Positions 18,075-27,251 of a stretch of DNA of 64,000 nt are shown here, piece by piece. The stretch spans positions 88,123 to 152,122 of the forward strand of contig JAZRFT010000017.1 in NCBI GenBank assembly GCA_045643805.1, given 5' to 3'. The position numbers were made by a program, and so were the translations under genes. Numbering within the stretch: position 1 is the first letter of the stretch; each line of letters starts with the position of its first letter. The notes under the pieces are model-generated. The model was not told the origin of the DNA. It searched no databases and saw nothing but the letters and a program-made list of their open reading frames with translations. The stretch is from Acutalibacteraceae bacterium (lineage in GTDB: Bacteria > Bacillota > Clostridia > Oscillospirales > Acutalibacteraceae).

Positions 18075-18343
18075 TGTAAAGTTTTGGTCAAGCTTTTACA
18101 AAAGCTTGGCAGGGGTTTCAGGGGGGGTGACACCCCCTGATATAAAACCAATACAGTAAGAGCTGTTGCGTTAAGCACAGACTAAAAAAAGCAGATATTT
18201 TTAGGAAGCTCACCTGAAAATATCTGCTTTTTCTTATTCAATTATAAAATTTTAAGCTTAGTACTGAAATAATTTCTTTATATCAAGGGGCTTTGCCCCT
18301 TGACCCCACAAGCTTTTGTAAAAGCTTGACCAAAACTTTATGC
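18075..18343. repeat. REP/BIME-like inverted doublet (type A / type A) around a terminator
   Basis: A perfect 32-bp inverted repeat spans 18077..18108 and 18309..18340 (TAAAGTTTTGGTCAAGCTTTTACAAAAGCTTG). Each arm carries an internal hairpin and a second GC-rich hairpin. Confidence 0.85.
18186..18232. terminator. Bidirectional terminator
   Basis: AAAAAGCAGATATTTT-(15 nt)-AAAATATCTGCTTTTT. Confidence 0.75.
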
Positions 18344-18347
18344 TTTT

Positions 18348-19445
18348 TTACCTCAGGCTCGAACTACTGTTAACAATAGCTGTGCCGTAAATAAACAGTA
18401 CATCCTGGCTGTCAAAGCTTACAAACTGCTTGACCATATTCGTGGGAATATATCTCGTGTCAACAAGCATAACCTTACTGTAACCGGGAATGAGCAAGGG
18501 CGCAAGACTGCTACCGAAGGAGTCTCTGAAAATAACAAGCTCCTTGCCTTCCTCGCCCTTCGGGTTAGTGATTTCAATAATTGATAATGCCCCCGAAAGG
18601 AAGATATCATACTTATCAAGAGCCTCAAGCTTGCGTAAATCGTAAACCTTGGTTACCGCTTCATTTTCTATATTTGTTACGGTGGAGCCTTCTATTTCAT
18701 CGTCAGTGAGGTAAACAAGCTTGTCTGCGGCAAGGGGAAGAGCCGACTGTCCGTAATAAACACCGTAAAACTCGCCTGCCTCTTTTTCTGTAAGCTCCCC
18801 GAGAGGAGCAGCACCGAGTCTTTCTCTGATACGGTTTGCTAAGGGGACAAGCTTTTCCTGCCTCCAATGGCTGTCAGTACTGTAATAGCTTTCAGCGGAA
18901 AGAAGGTCGTTTGTTCTGATTTTCTTCAGTGCTGAGGGTAGGCTCTGTACGGTGAGATTGTAAAGCTCATTATACTCAAAGCGAGGGTAAATTGTGCCCT
19001 CGGTGAGGTAAGTGTTTTTGTCGGGAACAAGACTGAAATAGGCCTTACAGTCGGTGCCTTTAAGATAGGTGTCGTAAATCTTTGTGATTTTTTCTGCAAA
19101 GTTGTTTACGGAAACACCGTTGATTGTTCTGTCAAGCTTACTTGCAGAGCCGTTCACGATTACAATGTCGTTGTTATCCTTCTGTCCGAGTACATTAAAA
19201 TGGAATCTTGCCTTAAGGGTGCGGAGTGTATCTCTTAAAGGAAACTGATCTGCAAGGTAGGTTTCAAAGCTGTGCATAAAGTAGCCGTCAAAAAGACTTG
19301 AAAGGCTTATGTCAGGCACTTGCTGAAGCTTGCGCCTTTCCCAGGCGGAAACCTCACCGTCGGGAAGGATAATGTGAAAAAGGGTGAAGCCGCCGATGAT
19401 AAGAGAAAACACGGTAACGGTTAAAATGTTTTTAAGCTTTTTCAT
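18348..19445 (-). CDS. DHHW-family protein (partner of the MBOAT acyltransferase)
   Basis: Start moved to the ATG 5 nt after AAGGAGGGG. An N-terminal TM anchor and the YYSTDSHW motif are present. It lies directly downstream of the MBOAT gene. Confidence 0.7.
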   Translation of the reverse strand: MKKLKNILTVTVFSLIIGGFTLFHIILPDGEVSAWERRKLQQVPDISLSSLFDGYFMHSFETYLADQFPLRDTLRTLKARFHFNVLGQKDNNDIVIVNGSASKLDRTINGVSVNNFAEKITKIYDTYLKGTDCKAYFSLVPDKNTYLTEGTIYPRFEYNELYNLTVQSLPSALKKIRTNDLLSAESYYSTDSHWRQEKLVPLANRIRERLGAAPLGELTEKEAGEFYGVYYGQSALPLAADKLVYLTDDEIEGSTVTNIENEAVTKVYDLRKLEALDKYDIFLSGALSIIEITNPKGEEGKELVIFRDSFGSSLAPLLIPGYSKVMLVDTRYIPTNMVKQFVSFDSQDVLFIYGTAIVNSSSSLR

Positions 19446-19457
19446 ATTCACCCCTCC

Positions 19458-20849
19458 TTAAAACCTGAAATATAAAAACGGATTGAAGGAGCCGTCAACA
19501 AGGTAAGCGGTGCTTAAAATGAGGATTGCTCCCGTCAGGAGGATTTCGATAACCTGAACAAAGCCGTTCTTTTCAATTTTTCTGAAAATGTTTTTGCAAA
19601 GGGGAGTTGCACCGATAAATGCAGCTGCGAGTAAAACCCCGTAGGACGAAAGGTTGTACACCGTATCGTCACTTATAAGGGGCAGACCGCCGAGACCGAA
19701 CATAACGGCAAGGTCGTCCTTTGCTACGGTAAAGGTATCGGCATTGAAAAGTACAAATGAAATAAGGACAAAAAAGAGTACATAGGTGTGCTGTAAAGCC
19801 GAAGGAAGCTTTTCAAGGAATTTTTTAAGAAAGAGCTTTTCAATGATGAGAAGAATACCGAAATAAAGTCCCCATGCCATAAAGGTCCAGTTTGCACCGT
19901 GCCACAATCCTGTAAGGCACCACACAACAAGGATGTTGAAAATCTGTCTTTTTGCACCGACTCTGTTACCGCCAAGGGGAATGTAAACATAGTCGCGGAA
20001 CCATGAGCCGAGAGATATGTGCCATCTTCTCCAGAACTCGGTAATGCTTTTTGAAATAAAGGGATAGTTGAAGTTTTCAAGGAAGCGGAAGCCGAGAATT
20101 CTGCCCATACCGATTGCCATATCACTGTATGCGGAAAAGTCGAAGTAAATCTGCAGAGCAAAGGAAACAGCATAAACCCACGCAAACACAACAGACGGGT
20201 CACCGCTTTCACGGTATGCGGTACAAAGGGAGCCTAAAAGGTTTGCAATAAGCACCTTTTTACCGAGACCTATAACAAAACGTCGGATGCCCGAAGCGGT
20301 CTTTTCGAGAGAATGTGTTCTCGAGGAAAGGTCCTCTGCAATGGTTGTGTAGCGTACAATAGGACCTGCAATAAGCTGGGGGAAAAGAGTAATATAGGTT
20401 GCAAGGCTTATAAAATTACGCTGTGCGGGAACATCTCCGCGGTAAACATCCACAACATAGCTTAATGCCTGGAAGGTGTAAAAGCTGATACCTATGGGAA
20501 GGGTAAGCCTTAAAAGGGGAATGTCTGCACCTGTAAGGGAAGCCACGGAGCCTAAAAGAAAATCGGCATACTTGAATAAAGCAAGAAGCCCGAGGGGCAC
20601 CGCTACTGACAGCGCCAGCAGCCATTTGCCCTTCGGGTCATTACGTCGATTTTCAATTATGATTCCCATAAAATAACAGAAAGTTATTGTAAATACCATT
20701 ACAAGCGCGTACTTGGGCTCTCCCCACCAGTAAAAGAGAAGTGAGAAGATAAGAAGTACGGGATTTTTTATTTTCCTTGGTGCGATTGCATAACAGATGA
20801 GCACCGCCGGAAGGAAAAAGTAAAGAAAGGGAATCGATGAGAAAACCAT
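19458..20849 (-). CDS. MBOAT-family O-acyltransferase (AlgI/DltB-like)
   Basis: Multi-TM protein with the conserved FWRRWHISL and NRVG...W.LTGLWHGA motifs. Confidence 0.9.
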   Translation of the reverse strand: MVFSSIPFLYFFLPAVLICYAIAPRKIKNPVLLIFSLLFYWWGEPKYALVMVFTITFCYFMGIIIENRRNDPKGKWLLALSVAVPLGLLALFKYADFLLGSVASLTGADIPLLRLTLPIGISFYTFQALSYVVDVYRGDVPAQRNFISLATYITLFPQLIAGPIVRYTTIAEDLSSRTHSLEKTASGIRRFVIGLGKKVLIANLLGSLCTAYRESGDPSVVFAWVYAVSFALQIYFDFSAYSDMAIGMGRILGFRFLENFNYPFISKSITEFWRRWHISLGSWFRDYVYIPLGGNRVGAKRQIFNILVVWCLTGLWHGANWTFMAWGLYFGILLIIEKLFLKKFLEKLPSALQHTYVLFFVLISFVLFNADTFTVAKDDLAVMFGLGGLPLISDDTVYNLSSYGVLLAAAFIGATPLCKNIFRKIEKNGFVQVIEILLTGAILILSTAYLVDGSFNPFLYFRF

Positions 20850-20855
20850 TAGTTA

Positions 20856-21446
20856 TCAGCCTCTTGTAAGAACTGCGCCTGAAAGAGCTGCGGTAACATT
20901 ACCGTCAGTTACTTCAGCCTGTCCGCCTACTACTTCAGCAAATGCTTCAACCATACCGTCAGCAACGCCGGGAGCAAGCTCTGAGGAAACCATTACAAGC
21001 ATAATGATGTCCTTGCAGGAAACAACACGGAGCTGGTCAGCTTCAACGCAGATCCATTTTCTTGTGTTGATGTTTTCGAACATTGTCTTTTTGATTTCTT
21101 CAATCTTGTCTGTGTCTTCTGCTCTTGCAACAACAAGTGAGTAAGCCTGAGCGCCGATCATTGACTCTGAGAAGTAAGCTTCCTTGAGGTCTGTCTTGAT
21201 GATAGTACCGTCAGTTACGTTTTCGTCAACGGGGAAGCCGAGGTATGCGTTAACGCTCCAGGGATCTGAAAGCTCAACGGGCATTGCTTCACATGTCATG
21301 AACTCAACGGGCTGTTTCTCGTAAAGAGATGCGATTACTGCTGAAAGCTCACCCTCGTAAGCTTCAACCTTTGTTGTGTTACCGCCGCAGGCTGCAAAGC
21401 ATACGAGCAGAACGAGTGCTAAAGAAATTGCTAATACTTTTTTCAT
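20856..21446 (-). CDS. Lipoprotein of unknown function
   Basis: Start moved to MKKVLAISLALVLLVCFAACGG (lipobox FAAC). It is the first gene of the MBOAT/DHHW trio. Confidence 0.6.
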   Translation of the reverse strand: MKKVLAISLALVLLVCFAACGGNTTKVEAYEGELSAVIASLYEKQPVEFMTCEAMPVELSDPWSVNAYLGFPVDENVTDGTIIKTDLKEAYFSESMIGAQAYSLVVARAEDTDKIEEIKKTMFENINTRKWICVEADQLRVVSCKDIIMLVMVSSELAPGVADGMVEAFAEVVGGQAEVTDGNVTAALSGAVLTRG

Positions 21447-21571
21447 TTTTTTGTCCTCCATAAAATTATTATTAAATATCGCAGAGATACTTATACACTA
21501 ACATTTAGGCATATTTGGGAATAATGTGTGAAGTAAATGTGAATTTGAACAAAAACAGGATATTTGTTATG

Positions 21572-22291
21572 TCAATGACGGGTATCGTCGCTGAAGCATT
21601 CACACCATCTTGCACAGAAGGACGGCTTTTCACCGCCCTTGTAAAGGTGTGAAAGGTCACCGAAGCTGCTGCAGGTAAAAATAGCCTTGCCTTTTTCTCT
21701 TTCCTGGGTCTGAAGTACAGTCACCGATGTGGGAAGCGCCACAAAGTTGTGCCAGAAAATCATAGGTGAAACGCTCATAATGTGTGAAAGCAGAACAGCC
21801 TCAACTCCGAAGTGACAGAAAAGGACAACGGTATCGTGATTTTCGTTCACAACGTCAAAAAGTCTGCCGTTATGCTTGTAGCCGTGCTTTTCGAGGATAC
21901 CGTCAATGCCCTGACAGACCTTTTTGTATTCCTCGGGCACATTGCGGCTTTGCATAAGGTCAACACCGAGCCACTTTTCATAGGAGTAGTAATCGTCTAT
22001 TGCCGTCCAGTAAGAGGGCATTCTGTCCCAGCAATGGGTTTTGCCCTTTTCGGGAAGGTCAACCGTGCCTCTGAACTCCTGAAGGAAGTCGCAGATTTCC
22101 GCCTTGCGCTTCATCTTTTTAAGGGTGTAGGAGGCGGTCTTTTTCGCTCTGCCTAAAGGTGAGCAGTAAAAGGCGGCAACATCCATCTGTGAAATGCGGT
22201 TTGCAAGGAGCTTTGCCTCACGTATACCCTTTCTTGTAAGGGTGTCGAGGGTATAGTTGGGGTCACCGTGACGGATGATTATAAGCTGCAT
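21572..22291 (-). CDS. Histidine phosphatase family protein (phosphoglycerate-mutase-like)
   Basis: The N-terminal catalytic motif is IIIRHGD. Confidence 0.8.
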   Translation of the reverse strand: MQLIIIRHGDPNYTLDTLTRKGIREAKLLANRISQMDVAAFYCSPLGRAKKTASYTLKKMKRKAEICDFLQEFRGTVDLPEKGKTHCWDRMPSYWTAIDDYYSYEKWLGVDLMQSRNVPEEYKKVCQGIDGILEKHGYKHNGRLFDVVNENHDTVVLFCHFGVEAVLLSHIMSVSPMIFWHNFVALPTSVTVLQTQEREKGKAIFTCSSFGDLSHLYKGGEKPSFCARWCECFSDDTRH

Positions 22292-22303
22292 AGGTTCACA
22301 TCC

Positions 22304-22861
22304 TTAAATTTTTTCAAAGAATTCAATATTTGGTGTAAGAGTGCCGAGAAAAGCGAGAAAATCCTTTTCTTCGTTGGCGTCTTTGAAGCTTGTGAAGGGG
22401 ATAACATAACCTCTCATGCTGTCTATGAAAATAAAAACATAGCTGTTCATAACAACACAGATTTTATCGATAGCAGTATAATTTGATTCGGTTTTGTTAT
22501 CGGGTGCGATTTCTTTGAAAAAGTCATCGTAGAATTCCAGCGTGGATTCGGGAGTGTAGGGCTTTTTAGCTTTACCTTTAAGCATGAAACCGGTAAACGC
22601 TTTGGTGAAAACAGTGTTGAACTTTTTGGAGCAAAGCAAAAAAATCAAGCCGAGTAAGCAAAGAAGAATTACACCGACAATTGAAACGGGATTTATGCCA
22701 TTAGTGATTAAAAGGTTTGCGCAGGAAACGATGAAAATTATTGAAACAAGGATTTTTGACAGAAGGTCTGCTCTTTTGCTCATTCCGGAATTTTTCAGTG
22801 CAAATTCGTTAAAAAGCAGATAATCCTTATCGGTAAGCTTAACATCAAAGCTGAATCGCAT
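22304..22861 (-). CDS. Hypothetical membrane protein (YcxB-like architecture)
   Basis: The RBS is AAAGGAG, and two central TM helices are predicted. The family call is weak. Confidence 0.45.
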   Translation of the reverse strand: MRFSFDVKLTDKDYLLFNEFALKNSGMSKRADLLSKILVSIIFIVSCANLLITNGINPVSIVGVILLCLLGLIFLLCSKKFNTVFTKAFTGFMLKGKAKKPYTPESTLEFYDDFFKEIAPDNKTESNYTAIDKICVVMNSYVFIFIDSMRGYVIPFTSFKDANEEKDFLAFLGTLTPNIEFFEKI

Positions 22862-22878
22862 AAAATCACTCCTTTGTT

Positions 22879-22904
22879 AAAAAGGGGATGCCGTGGGGCA
22901 TCCC
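22879..22904 (-). terminator. Rho-independent terminator of 22988..24088
   Basis: On the minus strand: GGGATGCC-ccac-GGCATCCC followed by TTTTT. Confidence 0.7.
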
Positions 22905-22987
22905 TATGCGATTATTTGTCATAACAAGCCTTGTTGCCGCGAAGCGGCAATCCTGACTACTGACTACTGGCTACTGACTGCTTTAAC

Positions 22988-24088
22988 TTACCACTTATTC
23001 TCAACGTACTCACAGAATGCGTACATATCCTTGATTTCGAGCACCTTGCCGCAGTCAAGGGTAACTGTGCCGTTCCACATACCGTGTACCTGATGGGTAT
23101 GCATACGGAGAATGCCGAGGTTGAGGTCTGAATGGTGGTCGAAGGTGGGAGTCATTGAAAGGTTGAAGCGTCCGTCCTCGGAAACGAACTTCCACTCGTT
23201 CATGAACTTGTCGGGCTTGGGGAACACCTCAACGTCAACTGCGCCGAACTTGTGAGCCTTGCCGTCGTAGAAGAGAGCAGTTTCGGTAGCGTTTGTTTCG
23301 TCACCGATTGCCCAGGTGATTTCAAAGCCGAAGAGATGCTTTTCACCGTTTTCGTCTGTGATGTAGCTTGAGCCGTTACCCCAGTACCATACCATCTTGT
23401 GAGGTGTGTTTACACGGCCCCAGTCAAGTGCACAGAAAGCAGTGTCCTTTGAAAACTCGTAAACATCGTCGCCGAACTTGTAGTAGCCTTCGCAGGGCAT
23501 ACAGTTCTGCTTTGTTGTCATAAAGTACTTGGTGGGCTCGCCCTCAAAGGGAAGAACTGTTGTGATGTTTTCGAGACCGGGCATAATATCCATATCGAAC
23601 TTGCATTCAACAATTTTATCCTTAAGAGGCATTTTGAAGTAAAGAGTTCTTGTTGTCTCTCTTGTATCAAAGTCGAATTCAGCCTTGCCGATTTTAGCGC
23701 CGAAGTGGTTGGGAACGTCACCCTTCTTGGGAGGAATGTACTTGTTACCGCCAAGGTAAAGCTGTGTTGCGTCTGCAATAACTGAGCCTGCCTTGAGGTC
23801 GATAAGCTTTGCTGCAACGTAGCCGCCGATGCCGATGTTTGCAAAGCTGAGCTGTACCATATAGTTGCCGTCAGCTACCTGATAGAAGTCCCATTCCTTT
23901 TTGCTTGTGGGATGACCCTTTTTGGTAAAGTCTCTGTTATAGTCGAATACGTTGTGTCTTGCCCAGCCCTTTGCAAGAAGAGTACCGTCAGAAGCAAGAA
24001 GAGGAGTTTCCTCTGTGTATTCTGTCTGCTTGGATTTGCATTTCCAGTTTTTGTAGGTCTGATAGGTTCTTAATGTTTCTTTACTCAT
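22988..24088 (-). CDS. Hypothetical protein, possibly DUF2804 family
   Basis: The RBS is AAGGAGA. This is a 366-aa soluble protein, and the family assignment is from memory of the DUF2804 size and pattern only. Confidence 0.5.
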   Translation of the reverse strand: MSKETLRTYQTYKNWKCKSKQTEYTEETPLLASDGTLLAKGWARHNVFDYNRDFTKKGHPTSKKEWDFYQVADGNYMVQLSFANIGIGGYVAAKLIDLKAGSVIADATQLYLGGNKYIPPKKGDVPNHFGAKIGKAEFDFDTRETTRTLYFKMPLKDKIVECKFDMDIMPGLENITTVLPFEGEPTKYFMTTKQNCMPCEGYYKFGDDVYEFSKDTAFCALDWGRVNTPHKMVWYWGNGSSYITDENGEKHLFGFEITWAIGDETNATETALFYDGKAHKFGAVDVEVFPKPDKFMNEWKFVSEDGRFNLSMTPTFDHHSDLNLGILRMHTHQVHGMWNGTVTLDCGKVLEIKDMYAFCEYVENKW

Positions 24089-24167
24089 AATACTTTCTCC
24101 TTATTATGTAATATAATAACAGTTTTATTTTACAACTTTACGGTGGGTTTTGCAAGGGGTTGGAAGA

Positions 24168-24731
24168 TTATTTTCCTCGCATAATATCCCAATAAAATTT
24201 AATATCTGCCTTGGTCAGTCTTTCTTTTGTTGTGATTGCCTTGTAAACAAAATAACAGCAAACTACAAGCATAAAAATGCCGAGATACAAAAAGCTGACA
24301 CCTTCCTGATGAAGTTTTTTTTGTGCATAATCGAAATTAAGAATTTCTTCTTCATTCGCTTTTAGTTCAACTATATAATTGTTGTCGGGATTTATCAGTA
24401 TATGAAGCTCTGTGCCTTTTTTAATGGCTTCTATATCTTTTCGCAGGTCTTGGTTTACACATATACCTCGGATATATTCCTCTTCTGCATTTTCGAAAAA
24501 GAGCACTGCGTATGCAAGTGAAAAGTTTTTACCATATTGTATATCACAAAAATCAAACACCGCAGTTTTTTCTATGGCTTCAGATTTGTCGATTGGACTG
24601 TTTGCAAGGAAAAACTTTGCAGAAATAAGGGTCATAAGCAGAGACAGTACAGCAATGAAAATTGCACAAGGTCTGCTTATGTCGTGGTTGTTTTTTCTTG
24701 CCCACTTGTTTGACATGAATTTTTGCTTCAT
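24168..24731 (-). CDS. Hypothetical membrane protein
   Basis: The RBS is AAAGGAG, with one N-terminal and one C-terminal TM segment. Confidence 0.45.
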   Translation of the reverse strand: MKQKFMSNKWARKNNHDISRPCAIFIAVLSLLMTLISAKFFLANSPIDKSEAIEKTAVFDFCDIQYGKNFSLAYAVLFFENAEEEYIRGICVNQDLRKDIEAIKKGTELHILINPDNNYIVELKANEEEILNFDYAQKKLHQEGVSFLYLGIFMLVVCCYFVYKAITTKERLTKADIKFYWDIMRGK

Positions 24732-24931
24732 TTTCCTACTCCTTTTATTTGCTAAACAAATTATACTACACCAAACCTGCCCTTACAATAGTAAAACACA
24801 TACTTTTCGAATGAAAAAGTATGTGTTGTGATACTAAAAGCACGAAAAAGTATAGTATTTTATCAAACCCATTGTTCCCGTAATTGTTTTGTGTTAAAAT
24901 AAAAGAGAAGAAACAGGAAGGAGAAAACATT

Positions 24932-25894
24932 ATGCTTGATTTTCTTGATAAGGTTGAAATAATAAACGAACACAACTACGCTTACCTTATGCAGACAGAG
25001 GTTGAGCCTTACCTCAGCAAAAAGGGCAGAGAGGATTTTATCTTTACCGCCGACGGACGTAAGCTTCACTATGAGGCCTATGACAAAATGCTTTCAAGGG
25101 GAAGCGTTGTGCTTCTTCACGGCTTTACGGAAAGTGCTGAAAAGCTTCGTGAAGCGGCATACTATTTCAGAAAAGCGGGCTACGGTGTGTATGCTCTTGA
25201 TATGGAGGGTCACGGAAAATCTCACCGCACCTCGACTAAAAAAGAAAAGGTGGAAATTGATTCCTTTGACACCTATGCCGAGGACCTTAAGCTTTTCATT
25301 GACCGAGTGGTTGCTCCTGCGACCAAAAACGGTAAGGTGCATATCTATGCCCATTCACTTGGTTGTACTGTTGCAATTATGTATATGATGAAAAATCCCT
25401 ATATAATCGAAAAGGCAGTGCTTTCCTCGCCGATGATATGCGGCAATATGGGAATGCCCGTTGCTGTTGCGGGCACAGTTGCAAGGCTCCTTTGCGCTGT
25501 TGGCGGGAAAGGAATTCCTGCTCCCGGCAGATGTGCATTTGATGAGAAGCAGACCGTGGAAAACAGCGATGCAACAAGCAAGGCACGCTTTGAATATTAC
25601 CACGCGAAGAGAAAGGCAGAGCCTCTTTATCAGACAAGCGGTCCTTCCTTCGGCTGGGTAAAGGCTTCACTTGAGGCAAGGGAAGAAATTCTTGACGGCA
25701 AGCTTAAAACAAGGTCACTTATCTTCCTTCCCGAGGAGGACAGACAGCTTCTGCACAGCTATACAAAGGTGTTTGCCGATAAGAATGATATTAAGGTTAA
25801 AGATGTAAAGAACTCGAAGCATGAGATTTTCATGAGCGGTGATGAAACGCTTAAGTGGTATTTTGAGGAAGTGCTGGAGTTTTTTGCGGAGTAA
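24932..25894 (+). CDS. Alpha/beta hydrolase (lysophospholipase-like)
   Basis: Start moved to the ATG at 24932 after AGGAAGGAGAA. HGFTES (oxyanion region) and the nucleophile elbow AHSLG are present. Confidence 0.8.
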   Translation: MLDFLDKVEIINEHNYAYLMQTEVEPYLSKKGREDFIFTADGRKLHYEAYDKMLSRGSVVLLHGFTESAEKLREAAYYFRKAGYGVYALDMEGHGKSHRTSTKKEKVEIDSFDTYAEDLKLFIDRVVAPATKNGKVHIYAHSLGCTVAIMYMMKNPYIIEKAVLSSPMICGNMGMPVAVAGTVARLLCAVGGKGIPAPGRCAFDEKQTVENSDATSKARFEYYHAKRKAEPLYQTSGPSFGWVKASLEAREEILDGKLKTRSLIFLPEEDRQLLHSYTKVFADKNDIKVKDVKNSKHEIFMSGDETLKWYFEEVLEFFAE

Positions 25895-25897
25895 AAA

Positions 25898-26071
25898 GTA
25901 AAGTTTTGGTCAAGCTTTTACAAAAGCTTGCGGGAGTCAAGAGGGCGGAGTCCTCTTGCTGTTTAAAAGAAAAAGTCACGGAATTTTATCATTTTTCCGT
26001 GACTTAATTTATTATTTCGCTCGCCGCGTGGCGTTACTTTTTTTGTAAAAAAAGTAATCAAAAAAACTTTT
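25898..26071. repeat. REP/BIME-like inverted doublet (type A arm plus type B arm) around a terminator
   Basis: The left arm 25898..25930 is GTAAAGTTTTGGTCAAGCTTTTACAAAAGCTTG, followed by the hairpin CAAGAGG/CCTCTTG. The right arm 26018..26071 is the reverse complement of AAAAGTTTTTTTGATTACTTTTTTTACAAAAAAAGTAACGCCACGCGGCGAGCGA. Confidence 0.8.
25971..26005. terminator. Bidirectional terminator (GTCACGGAA type)
   Basis: AAAAGTCACGGAA-(11 nt)-TTCCGTGACTT. Confidence 0.7.
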
Positions 26072-27251
26072 ATTTATTTCTCTCCAACATCACATACGCC
26101 GCCATACTCGTTCTTGCAGCATCTGCATTGTAAAGGGGCCATGCATGGTTATCCATAAGCTCGGCGTAATTTGTCATATAAGCCGTAACTCTGTCAACAT
26201 CGTTCATTTTTGCAGCCGCCAGAACATTGGAGCCCCAGTAAAAATCGTCAGGATAGTCAAAGCTTTCCCACTCAAAGCTTTCACAGAATTTGTTGTAAAG
26301 ATGCTCGGCTCGGGCTGTGTTGGGCTCGATAACGCCGCAGATTACGGGGAAAAGCTGAGATGTAGCCTGAGGATAATATAAATCCCAGGAGAAAATCTTT
26401 GTAGGAATGTTGACATAAGCAGTTATACCGGCTCTGTAGTGATTGCCCACAAAATTCCAGAGCTCACTGTTTATGTTTTCCTTTATTTCGGGAACAAGCT
26501 CTGCACAGTCCTTCTGCAGGTCGGCATATTCATTTTTACCTAAGCGGACTATCTCTTCGAATATTCCCGCGGCGGCAATAACGCCCTCGTAAACCTCGCA
26601 GTTATCCATAAGGTACTTTACTCTGTGGTTAGGCTTCGCATAGGTCAGACCGTTCTGCAGATTTGAAAAGATAACATCAGTAATTCTTTCAAGATCCTTT
26701 GCGTTAGCAACAAGGTAATAGCTGTCACCGGTTTTAAGGAAATACTTATATACAACTGTAAGGAAGGTTGCCGCATAGGAGTCTGTTGTGTCATAGGAAT
26801 CTGCATTGTCGGGGTTTGACACAGCCTCGTTTATGATTCTGCCGTCCTTCATTGTGATTACATAGTCATAGATTGTGCCGTCAAGGCCGTTGAAATCCTC
26901 TTCGGCAGTATTGAGGTGAGCAAAGTGCCAGTCCATATATGCTTTTACATTGTCAGCATACTTTTCAGCATTGTCAAGCAGAGCAAGAGCGGCGAAGTCT
27001 GCAAAATAAGGGTTCATACGAAGCTCACCGTTTTTTGCGTAGGTCATAGGCAAAGCACCGTTTTCAAGCTGAAGCGAGGCAAGCCACTCGGTTTCGGTTT
27101 CGAAAATGTATTCGAAAAGCTCAAGCTGCTCAGACGTTGCCGTTGCTGTACTGCCCTCGGTCGGCTTGAGGTCGTTGGGAGTAAAGGTGATGCCCAACAA
27201 ATTCATTGCGGAGTAAAGCACTGCGAGAAAGAATGAAGTAATCTGATTCAT
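26070..27251 (-). CDS. Hypothetical exported protein (393 aa)
   Basis: There is an N-terminal hydrophobic segment. The repetitive helical W/Y-rich sequence suggests an alpha/alpha-toroid-like fold, but I recognise no family. Confidence 0.5.
   Translation of the reverse strand: MNQITSFFLAVLYSAMNLLGITFTPNDLKPTEGSTATATSEQLELFEYIFETETEWLASLQLENGALPMTYAKNGELRMNPYFADFAALALLDNAEKYADNVKAYMDWHFAHLNTAEEDFNGLDGTIYDYVITMKDGRIINEAVSNPDNADSYDTTDSYAATFLTVVYKYFLKTGDSYYLVANAKDLERITDVIFSNLQNGLTYAKPNHRVKYLMDNCEVYEGVIAAAGIFEEIVRLGKNEYADLQKDCAELVPEIKENINSELWNFVGNHYRAGITAYVNIPTKIFSWDLYYPQATSQLFPVICGVIEPNTARAEHLYNKFCESFEWESFDYPDDFYWGSNVLAAAKMNDVDRVTAYMTNYAELMDNHAWPLYNADAARTSMAAYVMLERNK

Noticed and set aside
18075-18343. 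Whether the repeated hairpin units (here and at 4030, 25898, 48644 and 59939) could be a CRISPR array.
   Set aside because: The copies are inverted rather than direct and are scattered over 56 kb at gene ends. They are not regularly spaced with unique spacers, and no cas genes are present.
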